NCBI GenBank assembly: GCA_002104905.1
Contig: MCFE01000085.1
Span: 1 to 64,000 of the forward strand
Reading direction: 5' to 3'
Source: Basidiobolus meristosporus CBS 931.73
Taxonomy: Eukaryota; Fungi; Basidiobolomycota
Length of the DNA stretch: 64,000 nt
Under the pieces are notes generated by a model that saw only the letters and a program-made list of their open reading frames with translations, ran no database searches and was not told where the DNA came from. Position 1 is the first letter of the stretch; each line of letters opens with the position of its first letter. Shown in pieces: positions 23,855-36,696 of the stretch. The translations under genes were made by a program, and so were the position numbers.

Positions 23855-23938
23855 TCACCAAGCACATATCCGTATGAATGTTTGATTCCCAGTCGGTCAC
23901 CAAGCACGTATCCGTATGAATGTTTAATTCCCAGTCGG
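23855..23938. repeat. 42-bp tandem duplication
   Basis: Two copies of TCACCAAGCAC(A/G)TATCCGTATGAATGTTT(G/A)ATTCCCAGTCGG. Confidence 0.9.
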
Positions 23939-24323
23939 GGATTTCGGTTACACCACCGACAGCCAATCTGCACCCAACTGATCTTCGAAGCGAAGAAGGT
24001 ACCGACTATTCCCCCCGTCATATGACCCACATGACGGGTAGGGAGTGCGATGGATAAACGACTCTTCCTGCCCGGCAGATCTGGGGATGCGCCAAGTTCC
24101 GATCGAACGGGCCAGTGATTGATGATTGGCAGCACCCCACCACGGACCCTCGAACAAGAAAATCAACCAACATTGAGCTATGCTATGTATAAACCGACTC
24201 TGGGTGCTTTAATAACGTATGATATCAATTAAATGTGTATTTCGATTTCGTTACTAGAATATGTGTTTTAAAGTGTACATATTAAGACAATATCTTAGCA
24301 ACTGAACAGGGGTGTACTCCCCC

Positions 24324-27242
24324 CTATTCCTTCTTTTCTTGGGCTTGCTTAGCGGCCATACGCTCTCTCCAGCCACCTTGCTTGGCGCCAAACAGTGATG
24401 GGGCAGGTCCAGTGGGTCTGCTTTCTGGGGCAGAAGCAGCGGGAGCGGCAGCAGGTGCTCCGCTACGGCGCCAGGGGTTGCCGGCGGATTGATCCCGTTG
24501 GCTGGGTGGGACGTAGCGATCGCCACCTGCCTTGCTACGGGCAATCTTCTCCTCGGCCAATCTTTCTCTTTCGCGTTGCTTCTCGGCTTGCTCTTCAAGC
24601 TTCTTCATACGGGCCTCGTATTCCACCTTATCCTTGGCGGCTCTCTCGGCACGTTCGGCTTCGAGGCGTGACTTCTCTTCCAACTTGCGGGCTTCCTCGG
24701 CCTCCTTGGCACGGCGTGCCTCTTCGATGGCTCTGGCTCTGTTCTCCTCTTCTTCCTTGAGTCTGCGGTATTCCTGGATTCTGGCCTGCTTCTCTTCGTC
24801 GATCTTAGCTTGGGCGGCCTTTCTCTTTTCTTGAAGCTCGGCTTCACGCTTGCTCTGAAGGGATTGCTTGTAGGAGGCATAGTCGGACATGAGTCTTTGC
24901 ATACGAGTCTTGATCTTCAAGTCCTCGGCATGCTTGCGAGAGGCAGCCTCCAGCTTGACGGTGCGGGCTGCTTCGTAGTAAGTACGATCCGCCTTTCTTT
25001 GGCGTTCGTAATCTTGCTCAAGAAGAGGAATCTCCTCCTTACGGAAGGCACGCTCAAGGTGGTCCATACGTTTGGCGATGGCCTTGAGGCGGTTTTGGGT
25101 TTCATTCTTCTCCTTCTCCAGCTGCTCCACTTGCATGGCCATGAGCTTGTTGGTGTCCAAGTTCTCGATGTCATCCACGTTGACGTTCAATCCGCTCTTC
25201 GCCTTGAGAGACTCGGCCAATTTGCGGGCTTCCTCTCTTTGGATGGCCTCGTGCTCGCGACGGACTCTCTCAATCTCGCGCTTCTTAGTCTCCTCGGCGA
25301 TACGGAGCTTCTCGGCCTCTTGCTCTTGTTGCATGCGGATGGCCTTCTCGCGGGCCTCCTCCTTCTCCTTGCGGATGAGAAGGGTCTCGACGATCTCCTT
25401 ACGTCTCTCGATGATGGCCTTTCTGGCAAGAGTGTCCTTGTGCTCTTGTTCGACTCCAGCCAAGGCACGGGCAAAGGCCTCGCGCTTAGCCTCCTTCTTG
25501 GCTTCGACGAGAGAAGGATCGATCATGAAGCTGGTGGAGTAAAGGCACTTGGCCAAGGAGGTCAATTGGTTGCGGACAAGGTCGGATGGCATGGGTTGCA
25601 ACTTCACTCCATCGACGATGTTGTTGTTGGTGGATTGGAATGGATCTTGCTCGAAGTTGATGGTGCGGGTGGCATGGTCAATACGGATGGAGAGCTCTCC
25701 CTTCTTGCATCCGGCCATGATGAACTTCTCGATGGTGGTGGCATCGTAGTCGAAGGGTGGCTCGAAGGAGGCAAGCTTCACTACGTAATCAAGCTTGATG
25801 GTAGTGTAGATCTGAGACAACTGTTGGAGAAGGCGGGAGAGGATGACTTGGTGCAATGGCTCGACGTATTTTCTTTCCTCATTACTGGCGGCCAGCTCAG
25901 TCATGATGGGGGCGATCTTTTTACAGATAGAAAGAGGGTGGAATTGGACCTCTAGGATATTGTACAACTCTCTCAACTCGGGTCTGACCCACTTCAACAC
26001 GTCCTCGCTGAGAGCATCCTTCAACAAACCTGCTCTGGTGGGAGGTCTGGCGAGACCCATCAGGTTGGTGAGACGGTAGATCTTGGATTTCTGGTTGCCC
26101 TCGGGCTTGGCGGTGACCACGGGAACGGCGAGTGCTGAGAGCAAGACGAAGGATGCCATCTTCTGGTGCTCCTCATCGGACATGGGTCTGGTCTTGGAGA
26201 TAGAGTAGAACTTGTTCCATGCGGCGGCGTGGAAAAGGTAGTTCTCGCTCACCATCAGGATACGGATGAGCTTGTTGTAGTAGTTGGCCATCATGATGGG
26301 CTTGGGCATTCTACGGGACATGGTAAGCAGGGTGTGGATGTCTTCGATGGAACGGAAGGCCTCTTGCCAGAGCTCCAACTCTACGGAGGCATTCAACTGA
26401 GCGAATCTGGAATCCAGGTGTCTTTGAAGGGATTCGGGTTCGTTGAGGTTGATGGCGTGGGGTTGGTGGGAGTACTTGGCGACGTTACCCAAATGGTTTC
26501 TCAACAACTCGCAGAGTCTTCTGAACTCAGTCTTGCGGGTATAGCGAAGGCAGAATTGGAAGGCTTGGTTGACGGTGGTTTGGTACATCACCTCAAGTCT
26601 GGCGTTGTTGCGGAGGATGTCGAGGACGTTACGATAGGTCTCCCACAAGAACTTGAGCCAGGGGGTAACCACAGCTCTGTCGGTTCTGTCCTTGCTCTGT
26701 TCACCACTGACAATACCCATCATCATGGACTCTGGGGTCTCGGTGGCTTCAAGATCCTCGATGGCGTCCAAAGTGATTTGATCAGCCTTGGCCTGAGCCT
26801 CTTGAACCTTGGATTCAGCCAACTCGATGTATTTGGTGATGACGTTCTGCGTGGAATAAATCATTAGCGTGCCATGCCACAAGCAAAAACGTCGCAGTCT
26901 GGACGGCTTACCTCAATGGTATCGATGTTGGTGTTTTGGGCAATGTTCTTGTATTGGTGCAAGCCTTCCTTGGCTAATCTGCCTTTTCTGAGCTCAACGC
27001 AAAGTTCGATGAACTTCATGGCAACAGGCTCCAAGGAGGAAAGAACAACATGACGAGAGCGCTTCGAGGTAAGAACATCGTGGAGAGATTGGAGGGCAGC
27101 GTTATGTTGTCCAACAGCAATAAGCTCTGGAAAAAACAAACCCTGGGTTAGGATCTCCGTCATGGGAGGGGTTGTTAGTAGAAGCAGACTCACCTTCAGC
27201 TCTCTTGTAAGCGTTTTCGGGTTTTTGATAGAAAGGAGCCAT
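24324..27242 (-). CDS. TIF32: Translation initiation factor eIF3 subunit A, 928 aa; exons 27242-27194, 27126-26912, 26846-24324
   Basis: N-terminus [22 protein letters not shown], conserved [19 protein letters not shown] region and charged coiled coil. Two GT-AG introns (67 and 65 nt) splice in frame. Confidence 0.96.
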
Positions 27243-27764
27243 CTTCAATTATGATGCAGGACTAAAAGAGGTTATGGCGTTAGCGAAGCGGTCAGAAAGA
27301 CGGGGTAGGTTGGGACGGCTCGGGTGAATTGTATTGATGAATCACTCGACTGACTAAGCTAATGGCGCGGGAGATGGTGTGATGTCAAACAAATTACTCA
27401 CTCCTAAATATAATAATGCCTCTTCGTAGAATGAACGGTCGGGCTATCTTTCAACACCAAGGATGGCAAGAAGGATATCACTCAAAGAATCATGGAATAT
27501 CCAATTCGACTCAGCTTGGTGAAACTTTTTTTTTCTTGTTCTGCCAACTTTTTTTTTACTGCCGATTGCAAATTTTACCCTGAAGAAATCATCGGGATTC
27601 TCGGATGCCCATCATTATTCCCAGAAAGGGGTCATTCGTGGTATCCCGTTGAGATTACGCATATTCATCACCATATCCCAATGACAATGCTCGTGCAGAT
27701 CTGGTAAATTGGATTTGTTTGCGTAGGAGTTGAGTGTTGGTACCTACGTTGATAGTCAAGTAAC

Positions 27765-30700
27765 ATGGAGAGTGGTAGACTGAAAAGCCAGACCAACAAA
27801 CCGAAAGCCAATGTTGAGGCGTTTATTGCTCAAGCGAGCAGCGTTATCTCCACCTCCTTGATAGTGGAGACTGATAATCTGCCACCCAGACCGCCCGTCG
27901 CTTTATCGTCTGAGAAGGCGCCTGGTGCATCGCTAGATAGAGTCCTCGACACTTTAAATAGAATATCCTATCCCTTGTCCTCCATTGAAGAGCAGGTATT
28001 GTAAATGAGGGCTTAAGTGGGCTGTACTCGTATGATGATTCTGACGCAGTCGTTACTTGTAGACCTTGTCATCGCTTTTGACAAGCGCCTGTCAAGCTCT
28101 AGAGAATGAAGAGGAGGAGTTGAAGGTTAAGTTGTGCCAGATCATCTACAAATCTTGCCACAAACGACAGGTACTTCTATTGGGTAGCTCCTTTACTCCA
28201 GAGAATGTACTAAACAGTTCTTTTGGAGCAGATATTCGCCACCAAAAGCTCGTCGTTGAATACTGTACTGAGTTTCCTGTCAAAATGTACCACCAGGTTC
28301 GTGTATCCAAACACCATCGACGCGTTGAAGGCGCTCAGTGCTGCTCTATTTGAAAACGGAGTATTCTGCGAACAGGTACGTATCGATTTTTTTCAACGGT
28401 TTTCTCTCGCATGGCAGTCACTTACCCAGCGTTAGCTTCACGGAGGGATTTTCCTGACCCTGAAGCAGCTAGTGGACCACAACCCCCATTCGGATGTGAA
28501 GCAATTCGCCATGTATTGCTTTGGGAATTTGTGCGTGAAGATGGGGTCGAAATTTCCCAAACTTACCATGGACGTGTACACGCTACTTCTAAAGCAACTC
28601 ACAGCGGCGGCCAACCCGTATAGCGAATACACCATCACTGACAACTCCGTGACCGAAGGGGTAAATGTTGACAATTTATTCAGTGAAGTAGCCATAAATA
28701 AAAGCGAAATCTTAGATCTACCATCGAGCGTTGATTGATTGATATGTCTTTGGTATTATGCAAGGATGCGAAAGCAGCGCTGAAAGCCCTAACCACGATT
28801 GTCAAAGAAAGCCCTGACGTGCTGTCAGTTCAGCTGGAAACACTGGTCGGCTGCATCAAAAAGTGCCTTTACTACGGACTGCAGGAGATCCACTACCTGG
28901 ACCGGACTAGTCGTGAGTGGTTTCTGTTCTAAGCTTGTTCTCGTTGCATGCTAACCTGTTAGAGCTGAATTGGCGCGTATCGCCACGGAGGTACACCGGT
29001 TCCGGTTTGCTAGGCGCGACGAAGCCCTGCCAAAGCTCCGACTCCGAGCTGTCCGATGGGGACTTCGTGGACTCTTCCCGAAGGTAGGTTTGCGGTGCGC
29101 TCAAGTCCCACTGGTTGTTTGTCTGACGCCCACCCATTCCACGTAGACGCCACATTCGACAAAATGCTGTGGGCTGTCTGAACGCCATCGCTCAAGTAAG
29201 GCTGCACTCTGTATTGGCGATGCTACATTGCCTAGTAACACACCCGTTCTCGTAGACATCGCCGAAGCAGCTTTATCCTTACTGGGGGGACTTCTTCCCC
29301 GACGAGGAGACCCCCTATTACCCTTCGCTTTTTTTGATCATGGCGAGCTCTCCGTTCACTCGGGAGAGAATGATCACCAGCGAGACGGTCACATTGATGC
29401 TCGACAAATCAAGACAGTACTTGGCTGCTGCTGACGATCGGTAAGCCTCCATCGCTCCATGTGCCGCTTCAACGATGCCTAACCCTTCTGCAGGAGCACG
29501 AAATCCTCGTTCACCTCGCTTTCCCAAAAGCTCGGAAAGTTGACTCGTTACCTCCATCATGGCCTGGTCATCCTACTCAAGAAGGAGACGCATCCCGATG
29601 TACTGACCCGACTTTTAAAGGTTCGCGCCTTGCTCTCCGTAACGCTGCCACGCGCATTCTAATCTTCGAAACTTCCTCGGCAGCTCTGCTCCGTGCTGAT
29701 TTCCAATTCCACTTACGAGCGACTATCGTCTGATTACCTTCCAATGCTATTGAAGTCGGTGGTTAAGTGTGTCGATTTCCCAGGTACAGTCTTGCTACTG
29801 CTTCGGCCTAACTGTACTCCGAATTCTAACCTCTCACCAAGATCCTTACGTGAAAGTCGAATCCTACAAGTGTCTAGCCACCATCCTGGACTCTCAAACA
29901 TCCCAGACCCGCCTAGAAAGCACCATCGAGAGCCTCAAGGTCTGCGCCGAATCCAACATAGTCAGCCACCTTATTGAGGTCATTAGCTCGAGCGAGGGCA
30001 ACAGCTTACGTGTCGAGGCGTGTGAAGCATGCTCCGCCTTGGCTAGACACAACTTCGCAATGCTTCAGTTAGTGGCTTTCTCGGTCGTATCAATGGTTTA
30101 CCCGCACTCTAACACTCAGGTTGCCTCAGGCCCCGTTGGCTAGAATTAAAGCAGGTGATGCGTAGGGAGATCGGGAACTCCGACCAGATCGTCCGGATCG
30201 CATTTATGAAATTGCTCGACGAATACACCAAATCCCAATCCCAGGTCGAGCTTCAGGTAATTTCGCATCCCTGCTTGGTGAGCTCGACTCCCGTCTGACG
30301 CACCCATGTTCGTGCACGTCTAGGAGCTGCCATGGTGGGTGGCTTTTCTGGAGGAGTTGATTCAACCGTATACAGATAGCAAATGCGCCAACACCCGGGC
30401 GTTGATTTGCAAATGCATCTCTCATATTCCGAGCGACATCTATGCCCAGTTACCGGTAAGATCAATCGTGGTGTTTTCCTGGTCTAGCTACTTAGCTTTG
30501 TGTGTGTCGCAGATGGAAAAGCAAATCTTTATCCTCTCGTTGCTTCTGGGCCTCGCTAATGACGAGAATTCGGCCGTCAGAGCCGCTGCGAGCCGTGCGC
30601 TGGGGGTGTTTGTACTCTTCCCTACTCTGAAGGAGGTGAGTCTGCAGTGCATGACAAGGAACGGGATGTAGGCTGATCAATACTCGTAGAATTCGCTGTT

Positions 30701-31738
30701 CATGATGGATGCGTCACTTCAATTTGTTCAGCTGGTCCAAGACCCCTTTTTAACCACGCGAATCCCTGCTAGTTGGGCCCTCGCCAACCTCTGTGATACG
30801 CTGGTGATCGACAGGTAGTGGAATATGTAGACATTCATTGCAAATGCTGTCATTAATCACAGATAACCAGCGAGGAGAACAACGGAGAATTGCCCGAAGG
30901 ATTCGACTACAAGCTGTTGTGCCAGCTGGCAGCGGCAGGGATAGCCGCTTCAAAGGATAACGACAAAGTAAGCACATTCTGATCCATCGCTCTAATCTAG
31001 CCAGCGGACATGACCGATTTTTCCTTAGCTACGCTCCAACGGAGTTCGTGCCTTGGGCAGTCTCATTCGCGCCTGCTCACGTTCGGTCATGGAGCGTGAG
31101 GTGGGGAACCTGCTTAATGAGATGGTCAATATTGTGGTGAAGAACATAAATTCCGGCTCAGCCAAGGTAAATCCCCTCCCTCGCCCCCCCCAAATCCCCC
31201 ATTGCTAAGACACTTTCTAGACGCGTTGGAACGCATGTCATGCAACTGCGAACTTCCTTCGCAATCCATGGTTTCCAATCGGCCAAACCCATTGGACCGA
31301 AACGGTGTACGATGCTTTGTTGAAGTCCATCCAGGAGTGTCGCAATTTCAAGGTCAGGATTCACGCCTGTCTGGCGCTCGCCCTGCCCGATTCCAGGGAA
31401 AAATACTCCACCACTGCGCAATACAAACGCATAGTGGCGACGTTGGTTCATGCCTTGGAAAACGTACACGACATGAACAACACGGACTTCTCTGAATTCA
31501 AGTACCAACGCCAATTGGCGAGCCAGGTATTGTTTCGACCACGTTGTCTGCGCTTTATGCCCGTATCACGGATGCTGATCCGACTCTCATCTAGCTTCGC
31601 ACCACCTTGATCCATCTTCTCTCCCTACAAACACCCAAAGACCAGGATGCATTGGCTCCTTGGAGCCAGAAAGCAGCCGATCTGATCCACAAATACTCGG
31701 AGGAATCCGAGAATCAAGAAGCCAACCAAGATAATTAA
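27765..31738 (+). CDS. HEATR6: HEAT-repeat protein, HEATR6/DUF4042-like, many short introns
   Basis: Spliced peptides SSDSELSD, IRQNAVGCLNAIAQ, LYPYWGDFFPD...LDKSRQYLAAADD, SFTSLSQKLG, LISNSTYERL, DKLRSNGVRALG and CRNFKVRIHACLAL match my recollection of HEATR6. Exon boundaries were only partly traced. Confidence 0.8.
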
Positions 31739-31956
31739 CCCCTTCCCCGAACAATCCTCGAATAAACCTCGATTTTTCTCCACCCTGCACTATGTGGAAA
31801 CTAAAGGACTGCCCGTCCTTTTTTTATTGGGTTTGAGGGTAAGTGCACCAGCAGGCGCACCTCCCCTCGTTGTAGCTTTTCGCGGCAGAAGAGGGTCAAA
31901 CTTATATCATGAAATAGCGTGTGGTTCTTGGGCTGTTCCCTGGCGGTCGCCAGCTA

Positions 31957-32338
31957 CTACGGCTGTTCGTCTTCCGCACCCCTGATGTACAGTATGTTGT
32001 TGCACCTAAGCGTAGAAAGAGTCTGGTTAGTCGGCACTACCCGCCAGTCAAGTGGGAGGTTAAGCGTTGGTCACCTGATGAGCACCTCGCCGAGGGCCCC
32101 GGTGGAAGTACCGTCGGTGAATTCCTCAGTGTTAGCTAGCTGAATGTTCATGTACGAGTCGACCGAAACCAATACTCCCTTGTACTCAGTGCCCCACTTC
32201 AAGTGGACGAGCACCGGTTTTCCGGTGAGCTCTTGCAGGAAAGGACGTGGGTTGACTGGGGTGAACTAGCGGAAACCCAGTTGGGGTCAATGAGGGAGCG
32301 GGTAAGGCAAATACGCGGGACGGTCTTACCGGGGCCAT
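31957..32338 (-). CDS. SMX3: Spliceosomal Sm core protein F, 82 aa; exons 32338-32330, 32265-32075, 32005-31957
   Basis: Spliced product [82 protein letters not shown] has the Sm1 and Sm2 motifs. Canonical 64- and 69-nt introns. Not in the ORF track. Confidence 0.95.
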
Positions 32339-32399
32339 CTTCTGGTAGCTATGGTGGGATAACCAAGTGAGGGTGAGTGATGGATTCCCCTTTACTGAT

Positions 32400-32720
32400 A
32401 TCCTCATGGGGTTTGGGACTGGTGAAATATGATGTCATCCTGGAATGAGGATTTTCAAAGAAACCGAGATCTGAATACAGTATTCTCGCCATGGCAATCT
32501 GAAGGGATGATTGAGTGGTGCTCATGGTATGTGAAGTAAACATGGTGTAAGGTAAATCCAGTCCTTGCTGGTACCAAATACAGAATAATCTCCAAGTACA
32601 TAATCCACTTGCTGGGTTTTCAGCCAATCTTTTGAACATAGTTGATGCTTCCCAAAAGAGCTCAAGGTAGTGGAACTAACTGGCTATACATGTTGAACTA
32701 TCAATGGCTGAGGGCTGTGG
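32400..32720 (-). pseudogene. Possible decayed PIF/Harbinger (DDE_Tnp_4) transposase relic
   Basis: CpG-poor patch inside the island. Frame-hopping translation gives PVSxHY..FWEASTMFKRLAENP..YVLGDY...LTP, reminiscent of PGSxHD...YLLGDxGY...LTP. Confidence 0.4.
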
Positions 32721-33234
32721 GTGAGGCTGTCTAGATCAGTGTGTTTCATAGGTCAGATGTGCTTCTTATCTGGTTTGATGCAGCAATCCACAATGTTGGT
32801 TTAGAGTAAGCCATTTCTGCAAAGCACAATCCACAATATTGGTTTAAAGTAAGCCATTTCTGCATAACAGACTGTGAGCAATGCCAGAACTGGAGATGGG
32901 ATATCATTATTAGTCACCCAACTTCATCCCAACGATCGGGTCCAAAAAGGAGGGAGGCACAGCCGTGTAGCAGTAGTTCTTCACTCCTACTCCAGAAGAA
33001 ATAAATCACGCAATCTAATCAACTTGTTGATCGATACCCATCATAGCTCAAGAGGCCCATTTCCATACCTATTTTGGGGAAATGAAGGTGGATCTTGAGC
33101 TCAGGGGGTGGCCATAGATGTACATATCGACCAATCTTTCCAATAGCATAGTGTGGTGCACCCGGCAATCTTCATCATTTCTTCGTCGGAGTGGGTATTC
33201 AAAGTATTGGGTCTTCCCACCACCAGGCCGCAAG

Positions 33235-33240
33235 TATAAA
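33235..33240 (+). promoter_or_regulatory. Probable TATA box of the subtilisin gene
   Basis: TATAAA about 45 nt upstream of the ATG at 33285. Confidence 0.55.
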
Positions 33241-33284
33241 GTCAGTGGAGTCGAGACGAATTTGGAAACAACAATAGCAGCAAC

Positions 33285-34506
33285 ATGAAAGGCTCCACTC
33301 TCTTCGCCCTGGTGGTTTTGGTCATCAGCTCAGCCGTAGGTGCTCAAAGCAGTCTCACCAACCGCTACGTGGTCAAGATCAAGAACACCGCCGACCCGCA
33401 AGAAGGTTAGTCATGTTTGACCCAATGGGCCGGTCTGTTTCTAACCCCACTTCCTAGTTGATCGCTATCTGAAGAGTAAGCTGGACCTGCACAACCGCGC
33501 TCGAGACGGAAACCACGCGGAGCTGAAAGTCAAAATCTCCATGGACGACTACTTTGCATACGCTGGTGTCTTGACCGAATCCCTTGTGTCGGATTTAAGA
33601 AGCAACGATAACATCGAGTACATCGAAGCCGAACAGATCTTCAAGATCTCCGCCACCCAGAACAACCCGCCGAGTTGGGGTCTTGCAAGGGTATCGCAGC
33701 ATCCAGCCCTCAATAAAACGCTCGTCTACAACTACCCTGACCAGGCTGGAGATGGGGTTGATGTGTACATCATCGACACCGGCATCAACGTCAAGCACTC
33801 CGACTTCCAGGGCAGAGCCACTCTCCCAATCAGCTTTATTGATGGAGAGGCTACGGACGACCTCAATGGCCATGGAACCCACGTCGCGGCTACGGTGGGA
33901 GGAGCAACCTACGGGGTGGCCAAGAAGGTTAGACTCATCGGCGTCAAGGTTCTGGGAGGAGATGGTAGTGGGACCACGACGGGCGTCTTATCAGGAATAG
34001 ACTGGGTAGCTAATCAGGCCAAAACCACCGGGCGTAAGAGTGTTGCAAATATGTCCCTGGGAGGCGGTAATAGCGATGCGCTCAATGACGCCATCACCGC
34101 AGCCGTCAAAGCGGGGGTTAGCTTCATCGTGGCCGCGGGCAATGAAAGTCAGGATGCATGCAATGTCTCACCCGCTAATGGCCGTTCAGTTTTGGCAGTC
34201 GGTGCCACGGCCATCACCGATGCCCAAGCTGATTTTAGCAACTTCGGGAAATGCGTGAAGATCTTCGCGCCGGGAGTGGACATCACCTCGGCCTGGATCG
34301 GAGGCAACGGCGCTACCAACCAGATCTCGGGGACAAGTATGGCTAGTCCTCATGTTGCAGGGATTGCTGCATTGTATCTGTCGCAGAAGACTTTCCAGAC
34401 TCCAGACGACCTGTACCAGGCCTTGAGTTCTCACGCAACCCAAAATGCCGTAGTCGGGATCGCCGCTGATACTCCCAACCTTCTAGCCTACAACTCGGTC
34501 GCATAA
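33285..34506 (+). CDS. Secreted subtilisin-like serine protease (S8A, proteinase K type) with signal peptide and I9-type propeptide, 389 aa; exons 33285-33405 and 33458-34506
   Basis: Hydrophobic N-terminus MKGSTLFALVVLVISSAVGA, catalytic motifs IIDTG, NGHGTHVA and GTSMASPHVAG, 52-nt GT-AG intron in frame. Confidence 0.96.
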
Positions 34507-35370
34507 GTACCTCACCGGAACCTAGCCCAATCCAATCAACCAGAAATCTTCGCTAACCTGATTTATCGAGACAACCCAATACGGTAATCAGTACCAATAA
34601 AGTCCATCAGCTTCTTGCCTATTCCAGTACACAATGGGTAAATAGCCCGCGGTTTATCCTGAATACATGTGAGGGAAGCGCGAACGGGGGATTGATGTAG
34701 TAGGTGTAGGATTAGAGAGTCTGGTGGATGGCTCTATGGGTTGTGCCGACTGGCTGGCTCTGCAGGTTGCGTCAGGTATTTTCTTGAAGGTCCAGACCAA
34801 CCAATGAGATATCCAAAGTGGCGGTGATATGGCAAAAAATTGGACCCTGAATAGGATTTGGGGCACTTTGATTTCCCATGGATCTTTTCCTGGACAAACT
34901 GGGACTTATTTATCTATGTATTACTCTTATTGTATTACATGTTGTATTCTTAGGGTTTGGGCTGACTAATTGGTAGATCCACTGTATATTGATTCCCCTT
35001 GAATCCCCTTGATTCCCCTTACCGATGTGGAGTATTTAGGATTCGAGCATGGATTCGAACTTGGATTCGAGCGTAGATTAATAATGATTACCCATCAACC
35101 ATAACGGCACTGGTTTATCCGCAGTACTGATTATATCCCACCGGTTACATCATCAAATCGAAGATTGTATTCAAATGAAAAAGGACAATGCTCGTGGTGT
35201 CGGGATTTTCTAACCCCATCTTGATATCCACGGAACCCAGAAAATTCTATATATATATGTGTTGCCCACCTCCTGAGTCGTTAACCTTCAAAACAAACGT
35301 TACCATTCTGCCTTTAATTCGCTTCACCTAATCCTTCCCCTGGCCTAGAGACCGCTCCTACTCACATACA

Positions 35371-36696
35371 ATGGATGCAAAAACCCATGCCAGCCACCTC
35401 CTATTCAACAGCAAAAAGTTCAGCTACCAAGGGTCCCTGAGGTTAGCTTGGAACATGCTGGTCGAGCATCAAATAGGTAAGCCCACGTCTAGACTTCGCT
35501 TCCTCTCGTTCTGCCGAACGCTAACCTGGCCCTTCAGAAATTCCCCTTATCATTATCCTGGCCATCATCACCGGAGATATCCTACGTATCCCCCTGGCTG
35601 CCAAATTCCTGAGAATTCAATACCGTGTCCCCGGCGAGGAAAACCTTTACTTGAACGGCACGGATGATCTGTACTTTATTTCCTTTTGGGTGGTCGCTTT
35701 CACGTTCATTCGTGCGGCAGTCATGGAATACGTGCTGAAGCCCATTGCTAAGCACGGGGGGATCCGTAGCTATCGCACACTGCACAAGTTTTTGGAGCAG
35801 AGCTGGCTGTTCGTTTACTACGCCGTTTCGTGGTCGATTGGATTTGTATGTAGCTCACCCATACCATCCCCCTCCCTCTCGCTCGCCTACTAACCGTCGA
35901 CCTTGCGATAGTACATCATATACAACAGTCCTTTCTGGAGAAACACCCCGCACTTCTGGATCGACTATCCCCACAAGGCGATCCCTCACCTTTCAAAGTG
36001 GTACTACCTTGTTCAAACCGGATTCTGGTTGCAGCAGTTCTTCGTATTACACGCGGAAAACAGACGTAAAGATTATCCCCAGATGATCGTTCACCACGTT
36101 GTCACCAGTCTTATGGTCACTTGTTCGTACGTCACATACTTCACCCGCATTGGGACTGCCGTTCTTTGCATCATGGATTCCGCGGACGTCGTTCTAGCAG
36201 TAAGTTCATGCTTCATCTAAGGGCTTCCCGTGTGACACGACCAGCTCACCCTTACGTCATTCCAGCTGGCCAAAAGTCTTCGCTACCTCAAGTTCCAGAA
36301 ATTATGCGATCACGTATTCGGGTGTTTTGTCTTGGTGTGGGCTTACACCCGCCACTACCTGTTCTTCATGATCATGTGGAGTATCTGGCAGGAGGCGGAG
36401 GTCTACCTGACCATCGACTGCAGACCCATGCAAGGGAAGTTCATCTGCCACGAGTTGCAGTACTTCTTCATCGCCCTCTTTGCCATCCTTCAGGTGCTGA
36501 TGCTCTACTGGTTCGCGCAAATCATCCGGGTGATCACCCAAGTGATTCGTGGATCCGAGGCGGCCGATTGTAGAAGTGAATCCGAGAGGTAAGCAGGTCC
36601 AGCGCATATGCGTCCAGCCAAGTGAACATGTCGCTAACCCTAGCCCTTGGCTCTGATTCCAGTGAAGCACCGGGAAACGAGCGCAAACGCCAATGA
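35371..36696 (+). CDS. LAG1: Ceramide synthase (LAG1/LAC1 family, TLC domain), 352 aa; exons 35371-35476, 35538-35845, 35912-36199, 36266-36588, 36663-36696
   Basis: Lag1p motif RKDYPQMIVHHVVT...CIMDSADVVL, plus KFLEQSW and YWFAQIIRV. Four canonical introns splice in frame. LAG1 versus LAC1 subfamily not resolved. Confidence 0.92.

Noticed and set aside
23855-23938. CRISPR-like repeat
   Set aside because: Two abutting copies with no spacer, in a eukaryotic context.
24395-26867. Long + strand ORFs (e.g. 24810-25955, 381 aa; 26166-26867, 233 aa)
   Set aside because: Antisense shadows of the strongly codon-biased eIF3a CDS with no recognisable motifs.
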